DNA of 57,952 nucleotides. It comes from Promethearchaeota archaeon (GTDB lineage Archaea > Asgardarchaeota > Lokiarchaeia > Sigyniarchaeales > SOKP01). Positions 28,811-38,256 of this stretch are shown here, piece after piece. Position 1 is the first letter of the stretch. Every line of letters starts with the position of its first letter. The notes below the pieces were generated by a model. That model was given only the letters and a program-made list of their open reading frames with translations, had not been told where the DNA came from and made no database searches. The stretch lies in contig JBHLMQ010000014.1 in NCBI GenBank assembly GCA_048938005.1, forward strand, positions 1-57,952, in the 5' to 3' direction. The position numbers were made by a program, and so were the translations under genes.

Positions 28811-30700
28811 TCAACTAATTGAATCTTCTTTATCAAAATACACTCTATAAAATAATTCCTTTTCCCCTACTTCAGGGGGAGTTATCTTAGTATAACCTCC
28901 CTTATGAATAACACGAATAGTCTCTTTGTTTTGAATATGTATATTCCCATAAAATCCTTTAATACCTTTTTCTTTAGCGATAATGATTATATGTTGATAT
29001 AGAAATGTACCTATACCCTTTCCTCTATAATCTTCCCTAACTAAAAAGCTATATTCTGCCATATTCATTTCAGGATTTAAATAATAGGTTGCACTACCTA
29101 TCATTTCTTGCTTACCAATTTCCCCTATAAATGCTCCTAGAGAGAAAACATTATCATAATCAATATTTACTTCGCTCTGAGTTTTTGAGTGCGTAAATTC
29201 TTTTCTAAGCTCAAAAAATCGTAAATATCTATCTCTCTCATTTAATGAGTAATATAATTCTTTAAGTGCTTGTTCATCTGTAGTTTTAACAGGTCGAATA
29301 TTAATTTTTTCTTTATCTCTCGTCATGTAAATAGTTTCATATTCTGAAGGGTATAAACAAATTCGACCATTCTCATCACAAGGAAGCATCTGATCAGAAA
29401 ATATATAATTTAATTTTTTCGCTTCATCCAATAATGATTGCCGGAATTTGGGGTGAGCTATACAAATCAATTCAAGCACTCTTTCACGAATTGTTTTACC
29501 ATGAAGGTATGCCACACCCCATTCAGTTACAACATAATGAACATCTCCACGGGATAACATTATTCCTGCTCCTTCATCTAAATGTGCTACAATTCGGGAT
29601 TTTTCTCCATCTCTAGATGTTGATGGCATTATTATTATAGGCTTTCCTCCTTTAGAAAATGCAGCTCCTCTCATAAAATCTATAGTTTCTCCTAATCCTG
29701 AATAAAAATGATAACCCTCAGTTGCAGCATTTACCTGTCCAGTTAAATCGATTTGTCGTGCAGAATTGATCGAGACCATTTTCTTATTCATTCCGATGTA
29801 TATAGGATTACAAATATAATCCGATGGAAAAAATTCTATATAGGGATTGTTATCTACAAAATCATATAATTTTTTCGTTCCTAAAGCAAAACTAGTAAGA
29901 ATTTTCTCTGGATGGAAATTTTTTTTTCTACAAGTTAAAATCCCTCCTTCAATAAGTGGTATTATATTATCTGTAATATAATGAGAATGCATTCCAAGAT
30001 CCTTCTTATCTTTTAGAAATTTTAAGACCACATTTGGTAAATCACCAAAACCTATATGAATGGTGGATTTATTTTCTATTAAATTTACTAGATTTTTACC
30101 AATTCGTTTAGCAATTTCATCAGGCTCATCAAAAATAAATTCTAATAACGATGTATCATTATAGACAAAAAAATCAATTTCTTTCATATGGATAAAACTA
30201 TTTCCTAAAGTTCGCGGCATTTGTGGGTTAATTTCTACAATAGTTATATAAGATGATTGAGCTATTGGCTTTGCAATATCTACATTAATCCCTAAAGAGC
30301 AAAAACCATAAGGATCAGGGGGAGTAGCCTGTATAAGGGCAACATCGACATGTTTCCTACCTGTTTTAAATAAAGATGGAATTTCACTGCTAAAAATAGG
30401 TGTATAGTCTGCTTGCCCTTTATTAATTTCCTCTCTAAGAGTTTTTCCTATAAAAAATGCATTATGCCTAAATAAGTCTTCTGCCTTATCCTTAAAGTAT
30501 TTTTCTGGTCCTATAGTTAAAAAGTGAAGTATTTCAGTATCAACTAATTTCTCTGAATGCTTAATCAATTCTGATGTTAATAACTGTGGTTCTGAACATC
30601 CAGAATCAATAAAAACTCTATTCCCAGGAATGATTTTATTAATTGCTTCCTCTGCTGTTATTTCCTTTTCCTTCCACTTTTCTCTCCAATCTTCCTTCAT
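28811..30700 (-). CDS. Acetyl-CoA hydrolase/CoA-transferase-like domains fused to C-terminal GNAT (Pat-like protein acetyltransferase)
   Basis: ADYTPIF, DVALIQATPPD.YGFCSLG, SINSARQIDLTGQV, VHYVVTEWGVAYLHGK, IAHPKFR; GNAT IRPV...D...RYLRFF and VREDYRGKGIGT. Confidence 0.9.
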   Translation of the reverse strand: MKEDWREKWKEKEITAEEAINKIIPGNRVFIDSGCSEPQLLTSELIKHSEKLVDTEILHFLTIGPEKYFKDKAEDLFRHNAFFIGKTLREEINKGQADYTPIFSSEIPSLFKTGRKHVDVALIQATPPDPYGFCSLGINVDIAKPIAQSSYITIVEINPQMPRTLGNSFIHMKEIDFFVYNDTSLLEFIFDEPDEIAKRIGKNLVNLIENKSTIHIGFGDLPNVVLKFLKDKKDLGMHSHYITDNIIPLIEGGILTCRKKNFHPEKILTSFALGTKKLYDFVDNNPYIEFFPSDYICNPIYIGMNKKMVSINSARQIDLTGQVNAATEGYHFYSGLGETIDFMRGAAFSKGGKPIIIMPSTSRDGEKSRIVAHLDEGAGIMLSRGDVHYVVTEWGVAYLHGKTIRERVLELICIAHPKFRQSLLDEAKKLNYIFSDQMLPCDENGRICLYPSEYETIYMTRDKEKINIRPVKTTDEQALKELYYSLNERDRYLRFFELRKEFTHSKTQSEVNIDYDNVFSLGAFIGEIGKQEMIGSATYYLNPEMNMAEYSFLVREDYRGKGIGTFLYQHIIIIAKEKGIKGFYGNIHIQNKETIRVIHKGGYTKITPPEVGEKELFYRVYFDKEDSIS

Positions 30701-30960
30701 AAATCAGATTTCACTATTATTTATGTTAAAATCTTTATTTTTTAATTATAAATATAATCTACAGTCTCTTTATTAATTGTATTTTCATCAATATAATGTT
30801 TTTGAAATTATAAATAAAATGTTTAAATTTTATATACATCTTTTTTGAATTAGAATTATCCGCTATGAACTAATAATTTTAAATGTAAATAATTTAAAAA
30901 AAACCAAAAATATAGATTTATAAACTTATAAAATTAAGAAATTAAAAATAGTGAAATATA

Positions 30961-32940
30961 ATGTCAAAAGAAGAAAGAATGGAAAGTATTCTTACTGAGA
31001 CCCGTATTTTTAATCCCGTCGATCTTAATCCTGATTATGCTAAAACTGGAATGACTATGAAAGAATATCAAAAACTATACAAACAATCTATAGAAGATAT
31101 GGAAAGTTTTTGGGATGAACAGGCAAAATCAATTGATTGGTTCAAACCGTATGATAAAGTCTGGGAAAAAACTGAGTTATTTCCTGGTAAATGGTTTGTT
31201 GGTGGAAAACTCAATGTTAGCTATAACGCGATCGACAGACACGTCAAAGCAGGAAAAGGAGGAAAAATTGCTTTGATTTGGGAAGCAGATGAACCTGGAA
31301 ATGTACGAACTTTTACTTATAACGAACTTTTAAAAGAAGTCAGTAGAGTTGCTAATGGAATGAAAAAGTTAGGATTGAAAAAAGGAGATCGGGTTACAAT
31401 TTGGCTACCTATGGTTCCTGAACTAGCTATAATTATGTTAGCTTGTGCTCGAATAGGTGTTATTCATTCAATTGTTTTCGGTGGATTTTCAAAAGAGGCC
31501 GTTAAAGATAGAATTGAAGACTCTAATTCTCGTCTTCTATTCACAAGCGATGAAACATTAAGAGCTGGGAAATATTATCCTAAAATGGCCGATGTCGTCC
31601 AAATTATTGATGATGTTCCTACTATTGAACATGTTATTGTTGTCAAGCGCTCTGGAAGAGAAATACCTCATACGGATAAAGATATCTGGTATCATGATTT
31701 CATAGATGGTATGAGTGAAGAATGTGAACCTGAAATAATGGATTCTGAAGATACATTGTTCATTTTATATACAAGTGGAACAACTGGAAAGCCAAAAGGA
31801 GTAAAACATACTACAGCGGGATATATACTTTATACCTCATTCACTCATAGAGTTGTATTCAATTATCATGAGGGAGATATTTGGTATTGTACTGCTGATA
31901 TTGGATGGATCACCGGGCATTCTTATATTGTTTATGGACCATTAACCAATGGAGCAACTTCCTTAATGTTTGAAGGAGTTCCAACCTATCCTGATGTTGA
32001 TCGCTTCTGGGACATTGTTGAACGTCATAAAGTTACTCATTTCTATACAGCTCCTACTGCAATACGCGCCTTAATGAGATATGGAGAAGAACCTGTGAAT
32101 AAACATGATTTAAGTTCATTAAAGGTACTTGGAACCGTTGGTGAGCCAATAAATCCAGAAGCTTGGACATGGTATCACCGCGTAATAGGTAAAGAACGTT
32201 GCCCAATAGTAGATACCTATTGGCAAACAGAAACTGGAGGCTTTATTATGACTCCAATTGCAACAGCAACTCCAACAAAGCCAGGATCCTGTTGTATGCC
32301 CTTTTTAGGTGTAAAACCAGTCATATTCGACCTAGAGGGGGATGAGGTGACAGAACCAGATGAAGGTGGATATTTTGCCATGGGACAACCATGGCCAGGT
32401 ATGTTAAGAGATGTTTGGGGCGATACAGAGAGATTTAAATCAACCTATCTCGAAAGATATCCAGGATATTATTATACTGGTGATGGAGCTCGACGAGATG
32501 AAGATGGATATTACTGGATACTTGGAAGACTAGATGATGTAATAAAAGTTTCTGGCCACAGAATCGGAACTATGGAAGTAGAATCTGCTCTTGTAAGCCA
32601 TCCTAAAGTTGCTGAGGCTGCTGTTGCTCCTTTTCCTCATAAAATTAAAGGTCAAGCAATTTGGGCATTTATTACATTAATTCAAGGCGTTGAAAAATCA
32701 GCAAAATTATCTAAGGAGATAAGAATGCATGTTAGACAAGAAATTGGTCCAGTTTTTCAACCAGATGTAATTCAATTTGCTGATGACTTACCTAAAACTC
32801 GAAGTGGAAAGATAATGCGTAGAATTTTGAAAGCAATTGCTTCTGGAACCCCTCTTGGTAATATCACTACTTTAGCTAATCCTGAAATTGTGGATAAATT
32901 GATTGAAGAACGGAAAAAAATGGATATTGAAGTAGGTTAA
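30961..32940 (+). CDS. acs: Acetyl-CoA synthetase (AMP-forming)
   Basis: YTSGTTGKPKG, TADIGWITGHSY, VGEPINP, DTYWQTETGG, SGHRIGTMEVESAL, PKTRSGKIMRR. Confidence 0.97.
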   Translation: MSKEERMESILTETRIFNPVDLNPDYAKTGMTMKEYQKLYKQSIEDMESFWDEQAKSIDWFKPYDKVWEKTELFPGKWFVGGKLNVSYNAIDRHVKAGKGGKIALIWEADEPGNVRTFTYNELLKEVSRVANGMKKLGLKKGDRVTIWLPMVPELAIIMLACARIGVIHSIVFGGFSKEAVKDRIEDSNSRLLFTSDETLRAGKYYPKMADVVQIIDDVPTIEHVIVVKRSGREIPHTDKDIWYHDFIDGMSEECEPEIMDSEDTLFILYTSGTTGKPKGVKHTTAGYILYTSFTHRVVFNYHEGDIWYCTADIGWITGHSYIVYGPLTNGATSLMFEGVPTYPDVDRFWDIVERHKVTHFYTAPTAIRALMRYGEEPVNKHDLSSLKVLGTVGEPINPEAWTWYHRVIGKERCPIVDTYWQTETGGFIMTPIATATPTKPGSCCMPFLGVKPVIFDLEGDEVTEPDEGGYFAMGQPWPGMLRDVWGDTERFKSTYLERYPGYYYTGDGARRDEDGYYWILGRLDDVIKVSGHRIGTMEVESALVSHPKVAEAAVAPFPHKIKGQAIWAFITLIQGVEKSAKLSKEIRMHVRQEIGPVFQPDVIQFADDLPKTRSGKIMRRILKAIASGTPLGNITTLANPEIVDKLIEERKKMDIEVG

Positions 32941-33004
32941 ATTCACATTTTTTTAATTTTCTAATATTTCACCATCCTTTTTTTTATAAATTTTTATAGA
33001 ATAA

Positions 33005-34894
33005 TTAATCCTTGGAAAAATCCTTATCTTCTTTTGAAAATTTCTTAGGTTTTTCTGAGATTTTAAAACCAAATTCTTGTTCTTCTTTAATAGGAATTAT
33101 GGGTTTTAAGGCATCTATCGGAGCATTACACACCCAACACGCGTTTTCTAAATTAGTTAACGTTTGGGCACAATTATTGCAGTAGATCGAATTGCATTCT
33201 GGACATATGTAAATATTAAATCGTTCAACTTCACCTTTACACACTAAACAACTTTTTTTCTCTTTATGAACTGTAACTTTTTCTTCTATCGTTTGACGGG
33301 TAAATTTTTTCTCTAGTACCTCATTTATGGCTTTTGTTACATACCTTTTTAAATTTAAAAACTCAATTTTTTCTTGTAATTTAGAATTACGAATAAATAA
33401 AGCTCTCCATTCCTCTAATTGATTGAAAAGTTGATTTTGCTGGGCTGTTAATTTTTTTGAAATCAACTCTAATCCTTTATTTTCGGCAATTTTGAGAGCT
33501 TTAGTTAATAATTTTCGTGAAAGCTCAGCATTTCCCTCAATTAGAGCCAATTTTGCTTGGAGTGAATAAGCATCAATTAAAGTGGTAATAGAACGTTGTT
33601 TAGTAGCGATATCAGAGATTTTATTAATTAAATCTTGAATTTCTAATAATATTTCTTCTTCTCCAGAATATTTTAATTCTTCTAATAATAAATCACACAG
33701 ATTTACTTGGACCATAAATTCAAATAGATAATCAAATTTTACTTCAAGTATTTCTTCTAAAATTTGCTGTGCTTGAAATCGATATTTTGCTCGCTGTTTA
33801 TTTTTTAATATTAAAGCCTTACTAAATTTCTTGAATATATTAGTCCAAGGCCACTTACGAGCAAATTTAGTAAGTTCCTCCATTGAATCATCAATTTCTT
33901 TAAAATCATCAATTTCTATGGCCGATTGAATCAATAATAAATAAAACATAAGAAGATCGTAATCAAATATGGTATTATTCAATTCACATAACGATTTATG
34001 TGCTTTTATCGCTTCTCTAAGGTATTCAATTGATTTTTTTATTTTGTTTTTATAATAGTATATCCATCCAATATTTCTAAGAGTATAGCAATAACTATGT
34101 GCTACGCTCTGTTTAATACCTAAATTTTCATTATAAATAGTCAAAACTTTACGATAATATTCTAAACTTTTATCAAATTCGCCCCTTCCACGATAAATTG
34201 AACCAAAAATAGAATACACAAATGCAAGCCCCCTTAAATGTTTCAACTTTTCATAAAGTATTAAACTCTCTTGGGCATATTCTGTTGCTTGATCTAAGTC
34301 TCCTTTATAGAAATTCATAAATGATATTAAAAATTTTGCTTGTGCGATGTATCTTTCATCGTGAATTTTTTCAGCAAGATTAAGCATTTTATGGGAATAA
34401 ATCAACGCTTCATCCAATTTACCTTGAGCTCGTTTAATCCAACAAATTGCTTCAAGCTGGTGGAATATAGATTTCTTTTTGTTCAAAGTTTCGTAAATTT
34501 CTATGCTACGATGGTAGTTAACAATAGCATCTTCAAGCTCCCCTTGAGCAGATTGAATAGCGCCTTTTATAGAAAATAATCTGCCGATTCCATCTTGTAC
34601 AAGGGAATTTTCTTTATTATTATTATCCATTTGGCTTATAATTTGTTCAGTAAGCTTAATTTCTTCATTAACTTTATCATACTTTTTTAATGCCACTAAG
34701 GCTATTAATCTTGTTATTCGTGCACCAAAATTTTGGTTTAAGTTTAATTGGGTTGTTCTTTCATCTAGAATATCGTTAGTTATTGATAGAACTTTATCAA
34801 ACGCCCTCGTTTTTAATAAAGTTAAGCACTTTAAAATTAGCTTATCAATATTCTCTAGTTGTTGAGATTGCTTATCCTTCTTCACTTTCCTCAA
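33005..34894 (-). CDS. TPR-repeat protein with C-terminal 8-Cys RING-like zinc finger
   Basis: Several TPRs (e.g. GSIYRGRGEFDKSLEYYRKVL); C-terminal CLVC-x11-CPEC-x4-CNNC-x10-CWVC. Confidence 0.85.
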   Translation of the reverse strand: MRKVKKDKQSQQLENIDKLILKCLTLLKTRAFDKVLSITNDILDERTTQLNLNQNFGARITRLIALVALKKYDKVNEEIKLTEQIISQMDNNNKENSLVQDGIGRLFSIKGAIQSAQGELEDAIVNYHRSIEIYETLNKKKSIFHQLEAICWIKRAQGKLDEALIYSHKMLNLAEKIHDERYIAQAKFLISFMNFYKGDLDQATEYAQESLILYEKLKHLRGLAFVYSIFGSIYRGRGEFDKSLEYYRKVLTIYNENLGIKQSVAHSYCYTLRNIGWIYYYKNKIKKSIEYLREAIKAHKSLCELNNTIFDYDLLMFYLLLIQSAIEIDDFKEIDDSMEELTKFARKWPWTNIFKKFSKALILKNKQRAKYRFQAQQILEEILEVKFDYLFEFMVQVNLCDLLLEELKYSGEEEILLEIQDLINKISDIATKQRSITTLIDAYSLQAKLALIEGNAELSRKLLTKALKIAENKGLELISKKLTAQQNQLFNQLEEWRALFIRNSKLQEKIEFLNLKRYVTKAINEVLEKKFTRQTIEEKVTVHKEKKSCLVCKGEVERFNIYICPECNSIYCNNCAQTLTNLENACWVCNAPIDALKPIIPIKEEQEFGFKISEKPKKFSKEDKDFSKD

Positions 34895-35100
34895 TTTGCG
34901 TTAAATACCAATTATAATAGATTTTCTATTGAATTTCAATTTTGAATATTTAATATTAAGTTCTATTAATGATTAATAAACAGTTAACTCAATTAATAAT
35001 ATTTTATATTTTTATAAGTAGAATCTTAAAAGCAAATGTATCTGGAACTCGTTTTGGCAGTGTTCCATTGTTCATTAAAAATATAATAATTCTTTTAGGA

Positions 35101-35943
35101 TTAACCTTTTGCATAAGTACTAATAGCATATAACAAATCTAATCTTTCTGAAATTATTTTTCCGTATGTCATCTTTAAGCTCCCTTGATTCTCGTGTTTG
35201 GTTAGTTTAATTGATTCAAATATTTTTTTTTGTAACTGTTGATGTTCAGCAATAATTAAATGATTAGCGCCTAATGTTATACTCTTATTAATTATCTGTA
35301 GCGCAGCATCTAAATTTGTTGCTATTAATGGGCCAAGGCGCAAATTTGAGATTAGTCCATATCCTTCATTCTCAATCGCTAAAATCTTAGCACCAAGATT
35401 AATTCTCACTTGTAAATACTTGGATCGATCAAATCCCATGGCTTTCTTATCAAGGATTAACGCCCAATCTGGAAATATGTTCAAAACCTTAATCTGTTTT
35501 ATTTCAACATTTAATTCAGGTATCTGTATTGGCAAATTATACATCGTCCCAAAAAAACTTCCTTGAAAACCGAATTTTTTATAAATTGGTTTTCCTAATT
35601 TTGAAGCATAAAGTACCATGGTTTGATAGTTTAAATCTTTTCCAATTTCAAATAGTTCATTGAAAATCTCCGCACCCACCCCCATTCCTCTGTATTCTGG
35701 CAATACTCCCATATATCCGAAGCTACAAATTCCTTTAAATAAAAAGATTCCTCCAATGCCAATAATTTTTCCTTTTAGTTCAGAAATAAGAAATTTACCT
35801 ATCTCATTTTTGATCAGAGATTTCCATACTTTCGCTTCTTTTTTAATAGTCATAGATGGAACCCTCCCAAATGCAGAGTATAGCACATTAATACATTCAG
35901 ATATTTCTTTATCTTTTGGTTCTCTGATATTATGATTTATCAT
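35101..35943 (-). CDS. GNAT-family N-acetyltransferase (YitH-like, two-domain)
   Basis: MGVLPEYRGMGVG, LYASKLGKPIYKKFGF, D...GFDRS, LGPLIA. Confidence 0.85.
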   Translation of the reverse strand: MINHNIREPKDKEISECINVLYSAFGRVPSMTIKKEAKVWKSLIKNEIGKFLISELKGKIIGIGGIFLFKGICSFGYMGVLPEYRGMGVGAEIFNELFEIGKDLNYQTMVLYASKLGKPIYKKFGFQGSFFGTMYNLPIQIPELNVEIKQIKVLNIFPDWALILDKKAMGFDRSKYLQVRINLGAKILAIENEGYGLISNLRLGPLIATNLDAALQIINKSITLGANHLIIAEHQQLQKKIFESIKLTKHENQGSLKMTYGKIISERLDLLYAISTYAKG

Positions 35944-36100
35944 ATTAATTCCATGATATTTTTTTTCAAAAATTCAGATTAATGCTACTAATTATTTTTT
36001 TTAAAAGAATAAACATAAATAAATCAAATTTTTTATAATAATTCAAGGATTCTTTAGTTTTCTATATTTTGAATTCTTTCAGGTATTTGAGGTTTTAGAA

Positions 36101-37771
36101 TTGAGTTTAAATAGTGAGCAATTAGCTAAAAAGATAAAAACATTGGATCAAAATGAAGCTATTGAAATGCTAATTACCATATTATCAACCTCTAAAGATG
36201 TAGAAGGTAAAATAAAAGCGGCTGAGCTTTTAATACAATTTGACGATAAAGAAAAAATACGCTTTCTAAATATAAAAAGAATTTTCTTGAATGATAGACA
36301 TCCTAAATTAAGGTTTCATTTAATTATTTTAATAGCAATGCATTATAATAAAGAGGGAATTGACTTCTTAAAAGAACAATATAAAAACTGTAAAGACGGT
36401 ACAGTGAGAAAAAATCTTATTGAAATGATTGGACAAGTTGATTTGAATGATTCGATACCTTTCTTTATTGAAGCTTTAAGTGATACTAATGTTGAAGTTA
36501 AAAAAGAGTCAATAATTCTCTTGGGAAAGACTAATGCTAGCGAAGCTTTAATACCCCTAATAGACATGCTTCATTTTAGAAGCGCTGAAATTTATGATCC
36601 ATTAATAAATACTATTGTAAAAATTGGAAAGAAAGGAAATTTACAAATTATTAATGATTATATCAGTACAGAAGACCCTAACATAAAAAGAGAAATTCCT
36701 GTAATTCTAGGTAAGATAAAAAGTAAAGAAAGTGAAAACAATTTAATTAATTTTTTAAGAGATAAAAATTCTATTATCCGGAAGAATTCAGTAAGAGCGT
36801 TAGAAAATATAATTGAATTAAAAAATATTAAACATATTTTAGAAGTATTAAAAGATCCAGATATTGAAGTAAGAAAGGAAGCTATTCGAGTTTTAGGCAA
36901 TGTTGGAAGTAAGAGAGCAATTACGCCACTATTAGAGTTATTAAAAGAAAATGATGTAAAAATCAGAAATCTTGCAAAAAATGCTCTTAATAAGATTTTG
37001 GGGAAAACAAAATCATCTCAACTTCTCTATGAGATAGTAAAAGGAAAAAATATTAATGCTAGAAAAGAAGCAATAAAATTATTGGGGATGTTAAAAGACG
37101 TTAATGCCATTGACCTCTTGATAGCAACTTTCACTAGTAGAGTCGCTAGTTTAAGAGGATCTGCATATCGATCCCTTTTAAAAATATTAAATAATAAAAT
37201 TGATGATAAGATTTTAAACGCATTATCAGACAGATCTTGGCAGATACGAATGTTTTGCACCAAAATTTTAGGCGAAATCAGAGATCCAAGCACTATCTAT
37301 AATATTTTCAATTTAATTGAAGATGAAAATGGAAGTGTAAGAAAAGCAGCTGTGGAAGCATTAATTAAATTTCAGGATGATAAAGTTATCGATTTAGCAA
37401 AAAAATCACTAGAGAGTCCAAATTGGAAGACTCGAAGAGCTGCAGTCAAAATATTTTTAAGAACTGGAAGTAAGGAATCATCAAACTCTTTAATTTCTTG
37501 TTTAAATGATGATGATGTTTATATAAAAAGTTGGGCAGCTATGGCATTAGGAAAACTTAAAGATATAGAATCTATCGAACCATTTATTCAATTATTAAAA
37601 GAAAATGATGACAAAATCAGAATTTCTGCCATCAAAGCTTTAGGTGAAATTGGAAATAAAGATGCAATTAAACCTCTAACTGAAGGTTTAGGAGATGATA
37701 ATTGGGAAGTAAGAAAAGAAATAGAAAATGCTCTAAGTCTGATCGATCCAGATTGGATGAACTATTTGTAA
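36101..37771 (+). CDS. HEAT-repeat (PBS lyase-like) protein
   Basis: Many ~31-aa repeats of the type L.D.D..VR..A..ALG.I across the whole ORF. Confidence 0.92.
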   Translation: MSLNSEQLAKKIKTLDQNEAIEMLITILSTSKDVEGKIKAAELLIQFDDKEKIRFLNIKRIFLNDRHPKLRFHLIILIAMHYNKEGIDFLKEQYKNCKDGTVRKNLIEMIGQVDLNDSIPFFIEALSDTNVEVKKESIILLGKTNASEALIPLIDMLHFRSAEIYDPLINTIVKIGKKGNLQIINDYISTEDPNIKREIPVILGKIKSKESENNLINFLRDKNSIIRKNSVRALENIIELKNIKHILEVLKDPDIEVRKEAIRVLGNVGSKRAITPLLELLKENDVKIRNLAKNALNKILGKTKSSQLLYEIVKGKNINARKEAIKLLGMLKDVNAIDLLIATFTSRVASLRGSAYRSLLKILNNKIDDKILNALSDRSWQIRMFCTKILGEIRDPSTIYNIFNLIEDENGSVRKAAVEALIKFQDDKVIDLAKKSLESPNWKTRRAAVKIFLRTGSKESSNSLISCLNDDDVYIKSWAAMALGKLKDIESIEPFIQLLKENDDKIRISAIKALGEIGNKDAIKPLTEGLGDDNWEVRKEIENALSLIDPDWMNYL

Positions 37772-37807
37772 AAGTAGCGTTGTATATCAAAAACAATTAT
37801 TAAGAAA

Positions 37808-38194
37808 TTAATACATTTTAATTATCTTTTGGACATTTTCATTTAGTTTGTTCAAAATTAAATTAACATTAGATTCTTTATTTACTAATATTGTTAAAAA
37901 CGTTTTTTCATCACATTCAAAAATTAGAATTGTCTTTTCTGCCACTTCAGCAATTATTTTATGAATTTCTCTGTTACCTACTGTTTCTCCAATACCTAAT
38001 GCACTTTCTAACACGGATGCGCACATAGAGATGAATTTTTTACTATCGAATTTATCTCCTATATTCTCTACTATGAGCCGTCCATCCCGATAGGCAAAAA
38101 TTATCCCATCTAACTTCCCCTGATTTTTTATATTATCAAGAATTTGATATAATTCCTCAAATTTATCTAAATTAGAATGATTCATATAATTCAT
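37808..38194 (-). CDS. Roadblock/LC7 domain protein (divergent)
   Basis: Helix, then GIIFAYRDGRLI, helix FISMCASVL, then three strands and a helix; ~125 aa. Confidence 0.8.
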   Translation of the reverse strand: MNYMNHSNLDKFEELYQILDNIKNQGKLDGIIFAYRDGRLIVENIGDKFDSKKFISMCASVLESALGIGETVGNREIHKIIAEVAEKTILIFECDEKTFLTILVNKESNVNLILNKLNENVQKIIKMY

Positions 38195-38256
38195 TAAATT
38201 ATATATTTCAGTTTCTATAAATATAGACTATTAATCAAAACTATTTAATTATTGTA

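Noticed and set aside
35043-35067. Small inverted repeat tggaac...gttcca in an intergenic region
   Set aside because: Only a 6-bp arm and a single occurrence; could be chance or a weak terminator.
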